Below are positions 56,419-64,000 of a DNA stretch of 64,000 nucleotides, one piece after another. Location: contig CAZECO010000001.1 in NCBI GenBank assembly GCA_964510455.1, positions 35,693-99,692 on the forward strand. Reading direction: 5' to 3'. The DNA comes from an uncultured Actinomycetes bacterium (GTDB taxonomy: Bacteria > Actinomycetota > Actinomycetes > S36-B12 > GCA-2699445). The position numbers were made by a program, and so were the translations under genes. A model generated the notes under the pieces. That model had not been told where the DNA came from, did no database searches, and worked only from the letters and a program-made list of their open reading frames with translations. Position 1 is the stretch's first letter, and each line of letters begins with the position of its first letter.

Positions 56419-56618
56419 GCCCAGCAGCGGCTGTGGAGAGCCGGTGAAGCCCGCCACCTGGGAAGGCGAGGGTGCGTGTCACAGCGCCGCCTGTGACCTT
56501 GCCGGCTAAAGCCGCAAGGGGACGACAGGGCAGATGTTGCCGTGGCCGACGTCCACCCAGGCCGTGGTCGGCCGGCTGGTCCTCAGCCCGCGCGTTTGAG
56601 CAGCGATTACCAAATGCT

Positions 56619-56653
56619 GGCGACACGTAGCGATCACAGAATGCCGCCATACA
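56619..56653. repeat. inner inverted repeat, right copy
   Basis: GGCGACACGTAGCGATCACAGAATGCCGCCATACA. A degenerate tandem copy lies just upstream of it (AGCGATTACCAAATGCTGGC, about 56602-56621). Confidence 0.8.
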
Positions 56654-56703
56654 TCGCGGAGCTCCAACAACTATGACCCCCGTGCAGACGACTCCGGTCA
56701 TCC

Positions 56704-56728
56704 GTGCACAGGACTTCGGACTTTGACA
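56704..56728. repeat. right terminal inverted repeat GTGCACAGGACTTCGGACTTTGACA
   Basis: Exact reverse complement of 48972-48996. Confidence 0.9.
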
Positions 56729-56730
56729 CG

Positions 56731-57318
56731 AGGGTCGGGTACGTGCGGGTTAGCAGCGAGGGGCAGAACCTTGACCGTCAGCTCGCCGACGTTGAACTGG
56801 ACCGGGTGTTCGCCGACAAGGTGTCGGGGAAGGACACCGAACGGCCGGCGCTGGCGGAGCTGCTGGCGTGGGTGCGCGACGGGGACACCGTGGTGGTGCA
56901 TTCGATGGACCGGCTGGCCCGGAACCTGGACGACCTGCGCCGCCTGGTCCGCGACCTGACCGGGCGGGGGGTGCGGGTGGAGTTCGTCAAGGAGGGCCTG
57001 ACGTTCACCGGCGACGACAGCCCGATGGCCACCCTGCTGCTCTCGGTGATGGGGGCGTTCGCCGAATTCGAGCGGGCCCTCATCCGCGAACGGCAATTGG
57101 AGGGCATCGCGGCCGCGAAGCTGCGCGGGGTCTACAAGGGCCGAAAGCCGAAGCTGACGCTGGAACTGGTCGTGGATCTGCGGGCGCGGGCGGCGGCGGG
57201 GGAGCCGAAGGCGGCGCTGGCGCGGGAGTTCGGGATCAGCAGGGAAACGCTGTACCAGTACCTGCGGGCGGTGCCGTCCGAGGCACCAACGGCCCCGAAC
57301 CCCGGTTCCTCTGTTTGA
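56731..57318 (+). CDS. small serine recombinase (resolvase/invertase) body, separated from its native first codons by the transposon
   Basis: RVGYVRVSSEGQNLDRQ (catalytic Ser region), DRLARNLDDL, and C-terminal HTH LAREFGISRETLYQYL. The track ORF starts at GTG 56704, which lies inside the transposon IR. Confidence 0.85.
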   Translation, partial: RVGYVRVSSEGQNLDRQLADVELDRVFADKVSGKDTERPALAELLAWVRDGDTVVVHSMDRLARNLDDLRRLVRDLTGRGVRVEFVKEGLTFTGDDSPMATLLLSVMGAFAEFERALIRERQLEGIAAAKLRGVYKGRKPKLTLELVVDLRARAAAGEPKAALAREFGISRETLYQYLRAVPSEAPTAPNPGSSV

Positions 57319-57461
57319 TGCAACCGACGGCCTGCGGTTGTGGTCCAGGTCGTCATGGTGCCACTCCCGGATCGGAATCGGAACCATCATCGGCGGCAAC
57401 CCGAGCCCTGGGGGCTCTCTGCCGCCACTGGCCGTTCGGCTGCTGCTCTACCCGCGTCCCC

Positions 57462-57954
57462 TCAGCCGGCCCAGCGGGGTGGCTGACTGTGCCTGCGCTG
57501 ATGCAGCTGCGCAACCCTTTGGCTGAACTCCGGGAACGGGCCGGTGCAGCGAACGTATGGGGCGACCTCGTTGATCGTCAGGGGAAGCACCGGCGCGTTG
57601 TCGAGTCCGATGTCGTGCAACCAGTTCGTCAGCTGGGCCGCCGAGGCTGCGTACACGATCTCGCCGAGCCCGGACCAGCCGTGCGCGGCCGCGCACATGG
57701 CGCAGTGCTCCCCGGAGGTGTAGACGGTGGCCTCCATACGCTGCTGCGGGGTGAGGTGCTGCACCGCCCACCGGGACCAGGGCGAGCTCGGGATGGGCAG
57801 TGGGGTCTCCGTCGCCCTGGCGGTTGTGGTCCTCGGCGAGGATGCGGCCGTCGGCTGCGACCAGGATCGAGCCGAACGGCTCGTGGCCGGCGTCCAGCGC
57901 GGTAGTCGCCAGTTCGATGCACCTTCCCAGGTACGGCGCGTGGTCTCGATCCAT
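57462..57954 (-). pseudogene. CMP/dCMP-type nucleoside deaminase with a single frameshift
   Basis: N-terminal part (ORF 57448..57954): MDRDHAPYLGRCIELA...PFGSILVAADGRILAEDHN...DPTAHPELALV. C-terminal part is in another frame (ORF 57462..57764): ...TVYTSGEHCAMCAAA. Removing one C from the run GGTCCCGGT near 57783 restores LVRWAVQHLTPQQ. Confidence 0.7.
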
Positions 57955-57969
57955 GTCCGGGCGCTCCCT

Positions 57970-58300
57970 TCAGGCCGCTACTTGGTGGCGTCGTACCAGG
58001 ATCCGACGGCGAGCGTGCGGAACCAGCCGAACAGGGCGAACACGGTGACGCCGAACAGCGAAGGCGACGATGATCGCGGAGAAGAGTTGCGGGGACTGCA
58101 CCTGGGCCTGATAGCGACTGATCAGGGTGCCGATGCCCGGGTCGCCCTGTCGGAAGAAGAAGTCCGCCACGATGGCTCCTACGACGGCGAGCCCCGCCGA
58201 GATCCTCATGCCGGCGAATATGGCGGGCACCGCGGCGGGCAGCTCGCCGCTGCAACCCTGCTCGCCGGTGCGCGGAGGATGGTCTCGCCGCCCGCCACGT
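57970..58300 (-). pseudogene. relic of an ABC-transporter permease (C-terminal part, frameshifted)
   Basis: LPAAVPAIFAGMRISAGLAVVGAIVADFFFRQGDPGIGTLI is a typical nitrate/sulfonate-type permease EAA-distal segment. The natural tail FGVTVFALFGWFRTLAVGSWYDATK is in a shifted frame. No N-terminal half is present. Confidence 0.55.
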
Positions 58301-58608
58301 CCAGCTGAGCCTGGATCCCGACATCACCGAAGCCCAGGTCACGCTCAACCAGGCCACGGCTGACACCGATGACTACTTGCCTCAGACGCGGATGGGGGGC
58401 GCGGTGCGTGGACCTCCGTTCGAGTCGTCGCCCGCGGATGCTTTGGTCATCGGAGGTAGCCTCCGGGGTTCATTCACCCCACAGGCATCCCAGGCTCCGA
58501 TGCCCCCGCCGCCGCCGGAAGCGGCGGGGGCATCATCTTCCCGCAAACAATGGGCGGCAGGGCCGAGCCGATGCCAACATTCCACCTAACCCGACCTGAG
58601 GAGCCCGG

Positions 58609-58944
58609 GTGGGCCCCGACGTTTACATGAGTATCAAGCGACACGGCACCCACAGTCAGGCCGACCGGCTGAACGCCAGCGGGGCCAACCGCGACCTGCT
58701 GCCGCTGTTCGACCATATGGCGAGGACCGCGTTCCAGGACGAAGAGTTGCTCGCCTTCCTCGACGACGACGCCCTGGCCGGGGACCTCGGCTTGACCGCG
58801 GAGCAGTTGGGGGAGCAACTGGGTCGGCTGGAGAACCTCGCGCTCATCAAGCGGCTGGAGGTGGAGACCAGCGGCTACCACGGCTGGGATGTTGGGCCGC
58901 TTGCGTTCAATCCCGATGACTTCGGTGAAGCTGAGACAGCGTGA
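58609..58944 (+). CDS. hypothetical small protein
   Basis: 111 aa (or MSIKRHG at 58627). Helical C-terminus LGLTAEQLGEQLGRLENLALIKRLEV suggests a wHTH, but this is weak. Confidence 0.4.
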   Translation: MGPDVYMSIKRHGTHSQADRLNASGANRDLLPLFDHMARTAFQDEELLAFLDDDALAGDLGLTAEQLGEQLGRLENLALIKRLEVETSGYHGWDVGPLAFNPDDFGEAETA

Positions 58945-60226
58945 AGGGGGTCGGCTCCGGGTGTTCCCGCGACTAGCATGATCCCCAAATCAGCCTTGGC
59001 AACCATCGATCGAACGTCGCGCTCTTGACGACCCCGACTATCTGTCAACTTCGCACGGTGCGGCCCGACCCCTGCTCCGGCGCCGGGCACCGCGACTCCA
59101 CCCAACTGTGTCCGATCTCCTGACATACCAGAAGCCCACCCGACCCGCGCGAACTTAGGGAGGCCGCCCGGCGAAGCAACGCCATGCAGCGAAACCCAAC
59201 CGCCACGCACTGCCTGGCCACCAAGAAGCGCACTCCGCCAAGGCCGGTGGGGCGCATATTGTCACCGCCACTCTGTGCGCGGCGACCGCCTCCAGCCCGG
59301 CGGGTGCCATCCGCGGCGCACAGCCGCCGCTCCTGGATCCCCGGGACTTGGGCGGGCCTGTGGAACACCGCCCTGCGCGACAAGCGACCGGGGAGGGGTC
59401 TGGATCCCGATCACGCGCTGTTGCCCCGGTTTAGTCTTAGCAATTCACCGCGGGTTGCTCCGGCTTTCCGTGCCCTGACCCCGACCCCTACTGCCTTCGG
59501 GCGAAGGCACGCTCCGTCGGCTCACGGATCGGCCTTCGGCGGCCCGGCGGCCGACTGTCGGTGGGTCCGCCAAGCTTGGCGTGCGACGCGGGACATGACG
59601 GGAGGATCAACCAAGGTCGTCGGAGAGGTCAGCTGTGCTGCACCTGGCTGAAGGCGAGGTTGACTTGATCGTCGCCGGAAGGCCCCAGTAGGGTGGAAGT
59701 GGATCATCGGATCGGTCCGTCGGCCCGGTCGCAGGCCTCCACGTTTGTGCTGCTGCGACCGGGCCACCCGTCTGTAAGGCCAGAGCCGACAGCCTTTCGC
59801 GGCGCCCGTCGAGCCCGTCGACGTGGCCCCATCGCGCCGGCGCCCTGAACCGCTGCAGAACAGTCGCGGCAGACGGCTCCCGCGACCGGCTTCGGCGCCA
59901 CCCCACCGCTGAGCGACGCGACCGTCGCAGTTCTCGAGGTCCACTCCTGCCGCACCGCTGCTGATCGGCCACCGCTTGCAGGACAGCGAGGGTCGGAAGG
60001 TTCTGCGAACCTATCCCGCACATGAGGCAGCCGCCGGGCAACGGCAGTCCACGGCCCATGCCCGTGGGCTCCCGAGGAGGCGGCGGGCAGTTAGACCGCC
60101 GGGGAGGACCGGCCGCGCGCTCGGCCAAGTGAGTGTCGTCAAGTGATTTGGCCCCATCACCTTCACGAATTTTGGCCCCGGGTTGGCTGTGGGCTCTTCC
60201 TTGGCCGTCTGGTCGATGGGACCGGG

Positions 60227-60621
60227 CGTTACCGGGTAACGTTTGGTGCCGCTGTCTGGCGGCGCGGGATCGGCGGATCCGGCCGGTGCGGGTGCGCGCG
60301 CGATCGCCCCTCCCGGTTCGGTGGCGCGTTACCGGGTAGCGCCTTCGGGTGCTCAGAGGTCGCGGTAGTACTGCTCCCCGGCGTCGCTGCTCGCCTCGGC
60401 GACGGCGCGCTGCTGGTCCAGCAGGATCTTCTCCAGCGCCGCTTTCTGGCTGAGCCCGTAGTGCCGCGCGAGCCGTTTCAGGGCCATGCGGGCGTGGAGG
60501 TCGAGCATGATGTCGAGGCGCTCCTCCATGGGCCCGCCGGCCTGTCGGCGGGCCTGCCGGTAGCGCTGCTGCCGCTGCGCCCCGGGGGTCGCGGCGGGCT
60601 GGTCGGCGTTACCGGGTAGCG
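60227..60621. promoter_or_regulatory. three copies of a 15-bp palindromic motif CGTTACCGGGTARCG
   Basis: 60227-60241 (CGTTACCGGGTAACG, perfect 6-3-6 palindrome), 60327-60341 and 60607-60621 (both CGTTACCGGGTAGCG). Copies 1 and 2 are exactly 100 bp apart. Copies 2 and 3 bracket the small RHH-like gene. Confidence 0.8.
60353..60529 (-). CDS. small ribbon-helix-helix/CopG-like protein (58 aa)
   Basis: Tail of track ORF 60353..61591: MEERLDIMLDLHARMALKRLARHYGLSQKAALEKILLDQQRAVAEASSDAGEQYYRDL. Confidence 0.5.
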   Translation of the reverse strand: MEERLDIMLDLHARMALKRLARHYGLSQKAALEKILLDQQRAVAEASSDAGEQYYRDL

Positions 60622-60759
60622 GCCGCGCCATCAGCGGCCGCCCGAGGGCTGGACGGCGATCCGGTCGCGCAGGAGCTGCAGCGGTCCGCCGATCCCGGCG
60701 GGGCCGGCGGCGGCGCCGCGGCCGTGGTCGGTGGTGGGCATGGTCGGTGGTCCTTCCGG

Positions 60760-61375
60760 TCAGCCGGAGCTGCTGCGGCGGGTCCTGCTGGTGCGCAGCC
60801 GGTAGGACTCGGCACCGGTCTGCAGGATGTGGGCGTTGAACGTGACCCGGTCCACGATCGCGGCGACCAGGCGCGGGTCGGCGACGACGGATCCCCATTC
60901 GCTGAAGGGCAGGTTGGTGGCGATGGCGATGCTGGCGCGCTCTTCCCGCTCGGTGATGATCTGGAACAGCAGCTCCGCGCCGCGGGGGTCGAGCTTGACG
61001 TAGCCCAGCTCGTCGATCAGCAGCAGGTCCAGCCGGGCGTACCGGGCCACGATGCGGGACAGCTGCCGGTCGTCGGCGGCCTCCACGAGCTCGTTGGCCA
61101 GCTGCGCGCAGGTGGTGTACCGGACCTTGCGGCCCTGTTCGCAGGCGGCCAGCCCCAGCCCGATCAGCAGGTGCGTCTTGCCTGTCCCGGAGTCGCCCAG
61201 CAGCACCACCGGCCGCCCGGCGTCGAGGTAGGAGCCGGCGGCGAGCGCCGCGATCTCGGCGGCGGCGATCGAGGGCGCGGCGCCCAGGTCGAACTCCGCC
61301 AGCCGCTTCAGCCGCGGGAAGCGGGCCTCGGCGATCCGCCGCGCGCGGCGCCGGTCGCCGCGGTCGCATCGCCCA
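60760..61375 (-). pseudogene. istB: 5'-truncated IstB (IS21-family helper ATPase); no istA present
   Basis: In-frame translation upstream of track ORF 60760..61209: ARRIAEARFPRLKRLAEFDLGAAPSIAAAEIAALAAGSYLDAGRPVVLLGDSGTGKTHLLIGLG...LLLIDELGY...NLPFSEW. Similarity stops near 61375, next to a hairpin. Confidence 0.75.
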
Positions 61376-61383
61376 AAAGGTCA

Positions 61384-61405
61384 CACGGATCTGCCGAGAT
61401 CCGTG
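61384..61405. repeat. 9-bp perfect hairpin CACGGATCT-gccg-AGATCCGTG at the IstB truncation point
   Basis: Read directly. Confidence 0.85.
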
Positions 61406-61435
61406 CATAACTAACCGACGCGGCAGGATGTCGCC

Positions 61436-61888
61436 ATGGACGAAGCGCGGCGACTGGTATCGGTCACCCGTGGGTGGCCCTGGGGACTCGCGGTCGTGAT
61501 GGATCCGGGATCTAGTTCTCCAGTCCCAGCGCACCTCGACCTCAGTGGCGTCGCCGCGAGCCTCGATATTGTCGCCGTGGCGATCCTGCACGAGGTGGAC
61601 GGCGAAGCAGTTGCCGAGGTATGGCTCGGCTCATTAGCCGCCGAGTTGCCATGTGTCTACGACGGTGAGTTCGTCACCGTCAGCGGTGCGGTCACGCTGG
61701 GCGACGCGGGGAGCGAACAGCATGTCCCGGCAGAAGTCGGCGAAGGCTCGCATCGGCTCAGAGTCCTCGTTGATCATGTCGGCTCACCCCAGAAGATTGT
61801 GTTCGAGTTCACCAGGGGCAACACCGCATGGGCTCGTGCGCCTCGATCCATCTTGGAGGGCGAACGAGTGCGCGGATCTGCCACATAA
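61436..61888 (+). CDS. hypothetical protein
   Basis: 150 aa in a lower-GC patch. No motif recognised. Confidence 0.4.
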   Translation: MDEARRLVSVTRGWPWGLAVVMDPGSSSPVPAHLDLSGVAASLDIVAVAILHEVDGEAVAEVWLGSLAAELPCVYDGEFVTVSGAVTLGDAGSEQHVPAEVGEGSHRLRVLVDHVGSPQKIVFEFTRGNTAWARAPRSILEGERVRGSAT

Positions 61889-62011
61889 CGGGCTCGCCCG
61901 CATCTGCCGCGATTTGGGCGAGCTTTGGAGAATGAGTCACTTCGCCGGGTGGTGGCTACCCCTGTCTTGCAAGGCACATCGTTGAGACGGGGCCAGCGCC
62001 GGATGGGCTCG

Positions 62012-62242
62012 CTATCGTCGTGCCGAAACCCGCCAGAAGGAGATCACTGCGCTTATGATCAAGCGCTGCTCGTCAACAGATCCCTCAAACTGGTCAAACA
62101 CGTAGGGTTTAGGCGAGGCCACCACAACCGGACCTCGGTCGTCTACGGTGAAGATCGCCTCGATCTCACGGTCGCCCAGGTCAATCCGCGCGAGGCATTG
62201 ATTCTTTCCCATCGCTGTAAGCGATACCAGCCGGAAGTTCAT
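62012..62242 (-). CDS. hypothetical small protein
   Basis: Track ORF 62012..62293 trimmed to MNFRLVSLTAMGKNQCLARIDLGDREIEAIFTVDDRGPVVV. Lower GC. Confidence 0.4.
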   Translation of the reverse strand: MNFRLVSLTAMGKNQCLARIDLGDREIEAIFTVDDRGPVVVASPKPYVFDQFEGSVDEQRLIISAVISFWRVSARR

Positions 62243-62309
62243 CGTAAGAGCCTTCCTCTTGAAAATCAGGCTCAAAGCGGCATGAGCGTCCACTGACTAC
62301 TCTGGTCGC

Positions 62310-62708
62310 ATGGCGGATCTGGCGAGAGCGGTTGCGACGCTCCGGGTCGTGGGGGACGACTTGGTCCCCTCGGAGATTACCCGCGTGCTTGGCTGTGAGC
62401 CGACAACGGGATGGGCAAAGGGAGACGAACGAACGCTTCACGGGGTCGCCAGGACAGCCACTTTCGGCAAGTGGTCTTTGGAGGCGGAGGAGACGAGCCC
62501 CGCGGACATTGACGCGCAGGTGGCCAACCTCCTTGGCCGACTCACGAGCGATCTAAGTGTTTGGGCAGACCTTGGCGATCGCTTCGACGTCAACTTGTTT
62601 TGCGGGTGGTTCATGGATGTGGGGAACGAAGGTGTGTCCCTGGATCCCAGCACCATGTCCTCCCTCGGTAGCAGGGGGATCATGCTCGACGTTGATCTGT
62701 ATGGATAG
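62310..62708 (+). CDS. DUF4279-like protein
   Basis: ATLRVVGDDLVPSEITRVLGCEPT...FGKWSLEAEETSPADIDAQVANLLGRL...NLFCGWF...GIMLDVDLY follows the DUF4279 layout as I remember it. Confidence 0.6.
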   Translation: MADLARAVATLRVVGDDLVPSEITRVLGCEPTTGWAKGDERTLHGVARTATFGKWSLEAEETSPADIDAQVANLLGRLTSDLSVWADLGDRFDVNLFCGWFMDVGNEGVSLDPSTMSSLGSRGIMLDVDLYG

Positions 62709-62910
62709 GGGACAACGACAAGGCCCCCGCCTAGGCCCGCCGAAGTCCTCCGCCGCGATCGCTCATCGGCAGATTCGCGCTGCCGTACTCCTGCGTCACA
62801 CCGCCGCGTGTGGACGCACGTCAGGACAGGCATCACAGCGCCCGGAAGGGGCTACCTCGAGTCAGCGCGTGCCGGGGTGGGGCCTGGGGGCCCAGTTCTG
62901 GTCATGGCGA

Positions 62911-63147
62911 CTACGAGTTCGTCGAATGGGTGGCGACCGGGGCTTCGGCGGCGTCGATCGGGTGCTCGTAGTGGCCACGGCGGAGGTTCTGGATGAGGAG
63001 TGCCCTCGGGCAACCACGCCCGCCGTGCGATTCGTCTTCTCGCATGGGTTGCAGCCGGGACTTGAGCCGGCCCTGGTCGCGTTGAATCTGGTTGTTCTGG
63101 TGCTGGCCGGTGTTGTGCCACTCGGCAGGAAGCGGGTCCTCAACCAC
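62911..63147 (-). pseudogene. C-terminal relic of an IS6-family (IS6100-like) transposase, frameshifted
   Basis: WHNTGQHQNNQIQRDQGRLKSRLQPMR...ALLIQNLRRGHYE resembles the IS6-family tail (..NNRIE.DHGRLKARLRPMRGLK...GHAF.QNLRRGHYEL). No DDE core or terminal IR seen. Confidence 0.55.
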
Positions 63148-63217
63148 GTTGGTGGACGGCTTGACATCACGACGCGGCGCCGGAAGTGAGTCGTCCTGGA
63201 AGGGCGCAGCCGCTCAC

Positions 63218-64000
63218 CTATTCCAACGCATCCGATTCGTCCTGGGCTGGGAGCGCGGCCGTCCATTCGGCGATCCCGTGACGGATCTCTTTGCTCCATT
63301 GCAGCCCGCTGGAGTCCAGCAGCCGCCTGATCCCGGCGTTGTCGCCGATCATGTGGGCGGCAACTCGGGTGAACCCGAGGCGAGCCGCCACCTCGAGCAT
63401 CCGGCGCAGCAGGACGCGGCCCACGCCTTTGCCCTGGTAGGCGTCCTCCACGATCACCGCGATCTCGGCGATTCCCTCCCCCGGCGGACCCTCGGGGAAC
63501 ACGTTGCCGAGCCCCACCACCTTGCCGTCGTCGGACATGGCCACCAGCGTGGCCCCCCGGTGGCCGCCGGACAGCCGGCGCAACTGCGATTCGCGCCACT
63601 CCACATTGGTGAAGTACCGCAGGTAGATGGTGCGTTCGGAGGAGCGCTCATGCATCTGGGCCACTGCTTCGGCGTCGTCAGGGTGTCCGAGCCGGATCCA
63701 CACCGTTCCGTCCTTGATGGGATCGACCCAGCCGCTCTGCTCGTCGCTGCCCGACAACTTCGCGATGGCCGACGAGAGACGAAGCAGCGCGGAGGCGCGC
63801 ATCTGCTCGCTGCGGGTGAAGGGGCACCAGTCGCGGCGCAGGAGGACGTGCCGGTCCGGGGTCCACTGCAGGCGCAGGACAGTTGGCTGCGCGTTTGTTC
63901 CCTCCGCGGCGTCGACGACTTCGTATGAGTCGGCCGCCACCAGCGCCGCTGCGACCTTCGGCGCCTGGTCGGGCTTTCTCACGAGGTACGCGGCACCGTC
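63218..64000 (-). CDS. GNAT-family N-acetyltransferase domain protein; may continue beyond the right edge
   Basis: VVGLGNVFPE...IAEIAVIVEDAYQGKGVGRVLLRRMLEVAARLGFTRV (GNAT motif A). The track start (GTG 63982) has no in-frame stop upstream before the window ends. Confidence 0.75.
   Translation of the reverse strand, partial: DGAAYLVRKPDQAPKVAAALVAADSYEVVDAAEGTNAQPTVLRLQWTPDRHVLLRRDWCPFTRSEQMRASALLRLSSAIAKLSGSDEQSGWVDPIKDGTVWIRLGHPDDAEAVAQMHERSSERTIYLRYFTNVEWRESQLRRLSGGHRGATLVAMSDDGKVVGLGNVFPEGPPGEGIAEIAVIVEDAYQGKGVGRVLLRRMLEVAARLGFTRVAAHMIGDNAGIRRLLDSSGLQWSKEIRHGIAEWTAALPAQDESDALE

Larger units (their letters stand above)
48969..56731 (+). mobile_element. Tn5053/Tn402-family (tniA-tniB-tniQ) transposon with cargo
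   Basis: Perfect 25-bp terminal IRs at 48972-48996 and 56704-56728. 5-bp direct repeat GGGTC lies 3 nt outside each IR. tniABQ sits next to the left IR, followed by a truncated resolvase and two cargo genes. Confidence 0.85.

Noticed and set aside
58945-60140. 1.2-kb stretch with no convincing ORF; considered as a degraded transposase, integrase, group II intron or retron ncRNA
   Set aside because: I translated several frames (not exhaustively) and found no recognisable motif. There is no domain-V-like or msr/msd-like structure and no adjacent reverse transcriptase. It is left unexplained.
1-64000. Searched by eye for CRISPR arrays, tRNA/rRNA genes, tyrosine integrases and att-type direct repeats at island borders
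   Set aside because: None found. The only recombinases are small serine recombinases and the tni transposase. An eye scan cannot exclude short or degenerate RNA genes.

Overview
High-GC, actinobacterial-type DNA that reads as the backbone of a large conjugative plasmid or integrative conjugative element carrying several accessory islands. Left to right:
(1) 1-5.8 kb: a T4SS-like conjugation module. It has a VirB4-like N-terminus running off the window, a TrbL/VirB6-like membrane protein, a small pilin-like protein, an SLT+M23 wall hydrolase and an XRE regulator.
(2) 5.8-11.5 kb: a decayed accessory belt with a MetRS relic, SRPBCC, cupin, radical-SAM/SPASM, P450, and frameshifted NTF2-like and hemerythrin genes.
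(3) 11.5-16.4 kb: a nitrite/NO module with DUF2249, an HTH regulator, an NnrS-like membrane protein and a membrane-cupredoxin-NirK fusion.
(4) 16.5-24.2 kb: replication/partition functions. These are a toprim protein, an AEP-primase-like Rep candidate, a 1.1-kb repeat-rich non-coding region, and ParA plus a small partner.
(5) A 1013-aa secreted beta-helix protein.
(6) A mobilisation module: a MobC-like protein and a MobA/VirD2-type relaxase.
(7) 37.2-48.8 kb: a defence island with type I R-M hsdMSR, an AlbA_2-like gene, an hsdM relic, an unknown + HTH-ImmA/IrrE pair and an AbiD/F-type gene.
(8) A 7.76-kb Tn5053/Tn402-like tniABQ transposon with perfect 25-bp terminal IRs, inserted into the 5' end of a serine-resolvase gene. 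Its cargo is an M16-peptidase-like gene plus an unknown gene, bracketed by a second inverted-repeat pair.
(9) A right-hand junkyard: a frameshifted deaminase, an ABC-permease relic, a truncated IstB, an IS6-type relic, immunity-like small genes, and a GNAT gene running off the window.
No rRNA, tRNA or CRISPR array was seen. All family names come from motif recognition by eye and memory, because no database search was possible. Many long ORFs in the track are antisense shadows typical of high-GC DNA and were not called.
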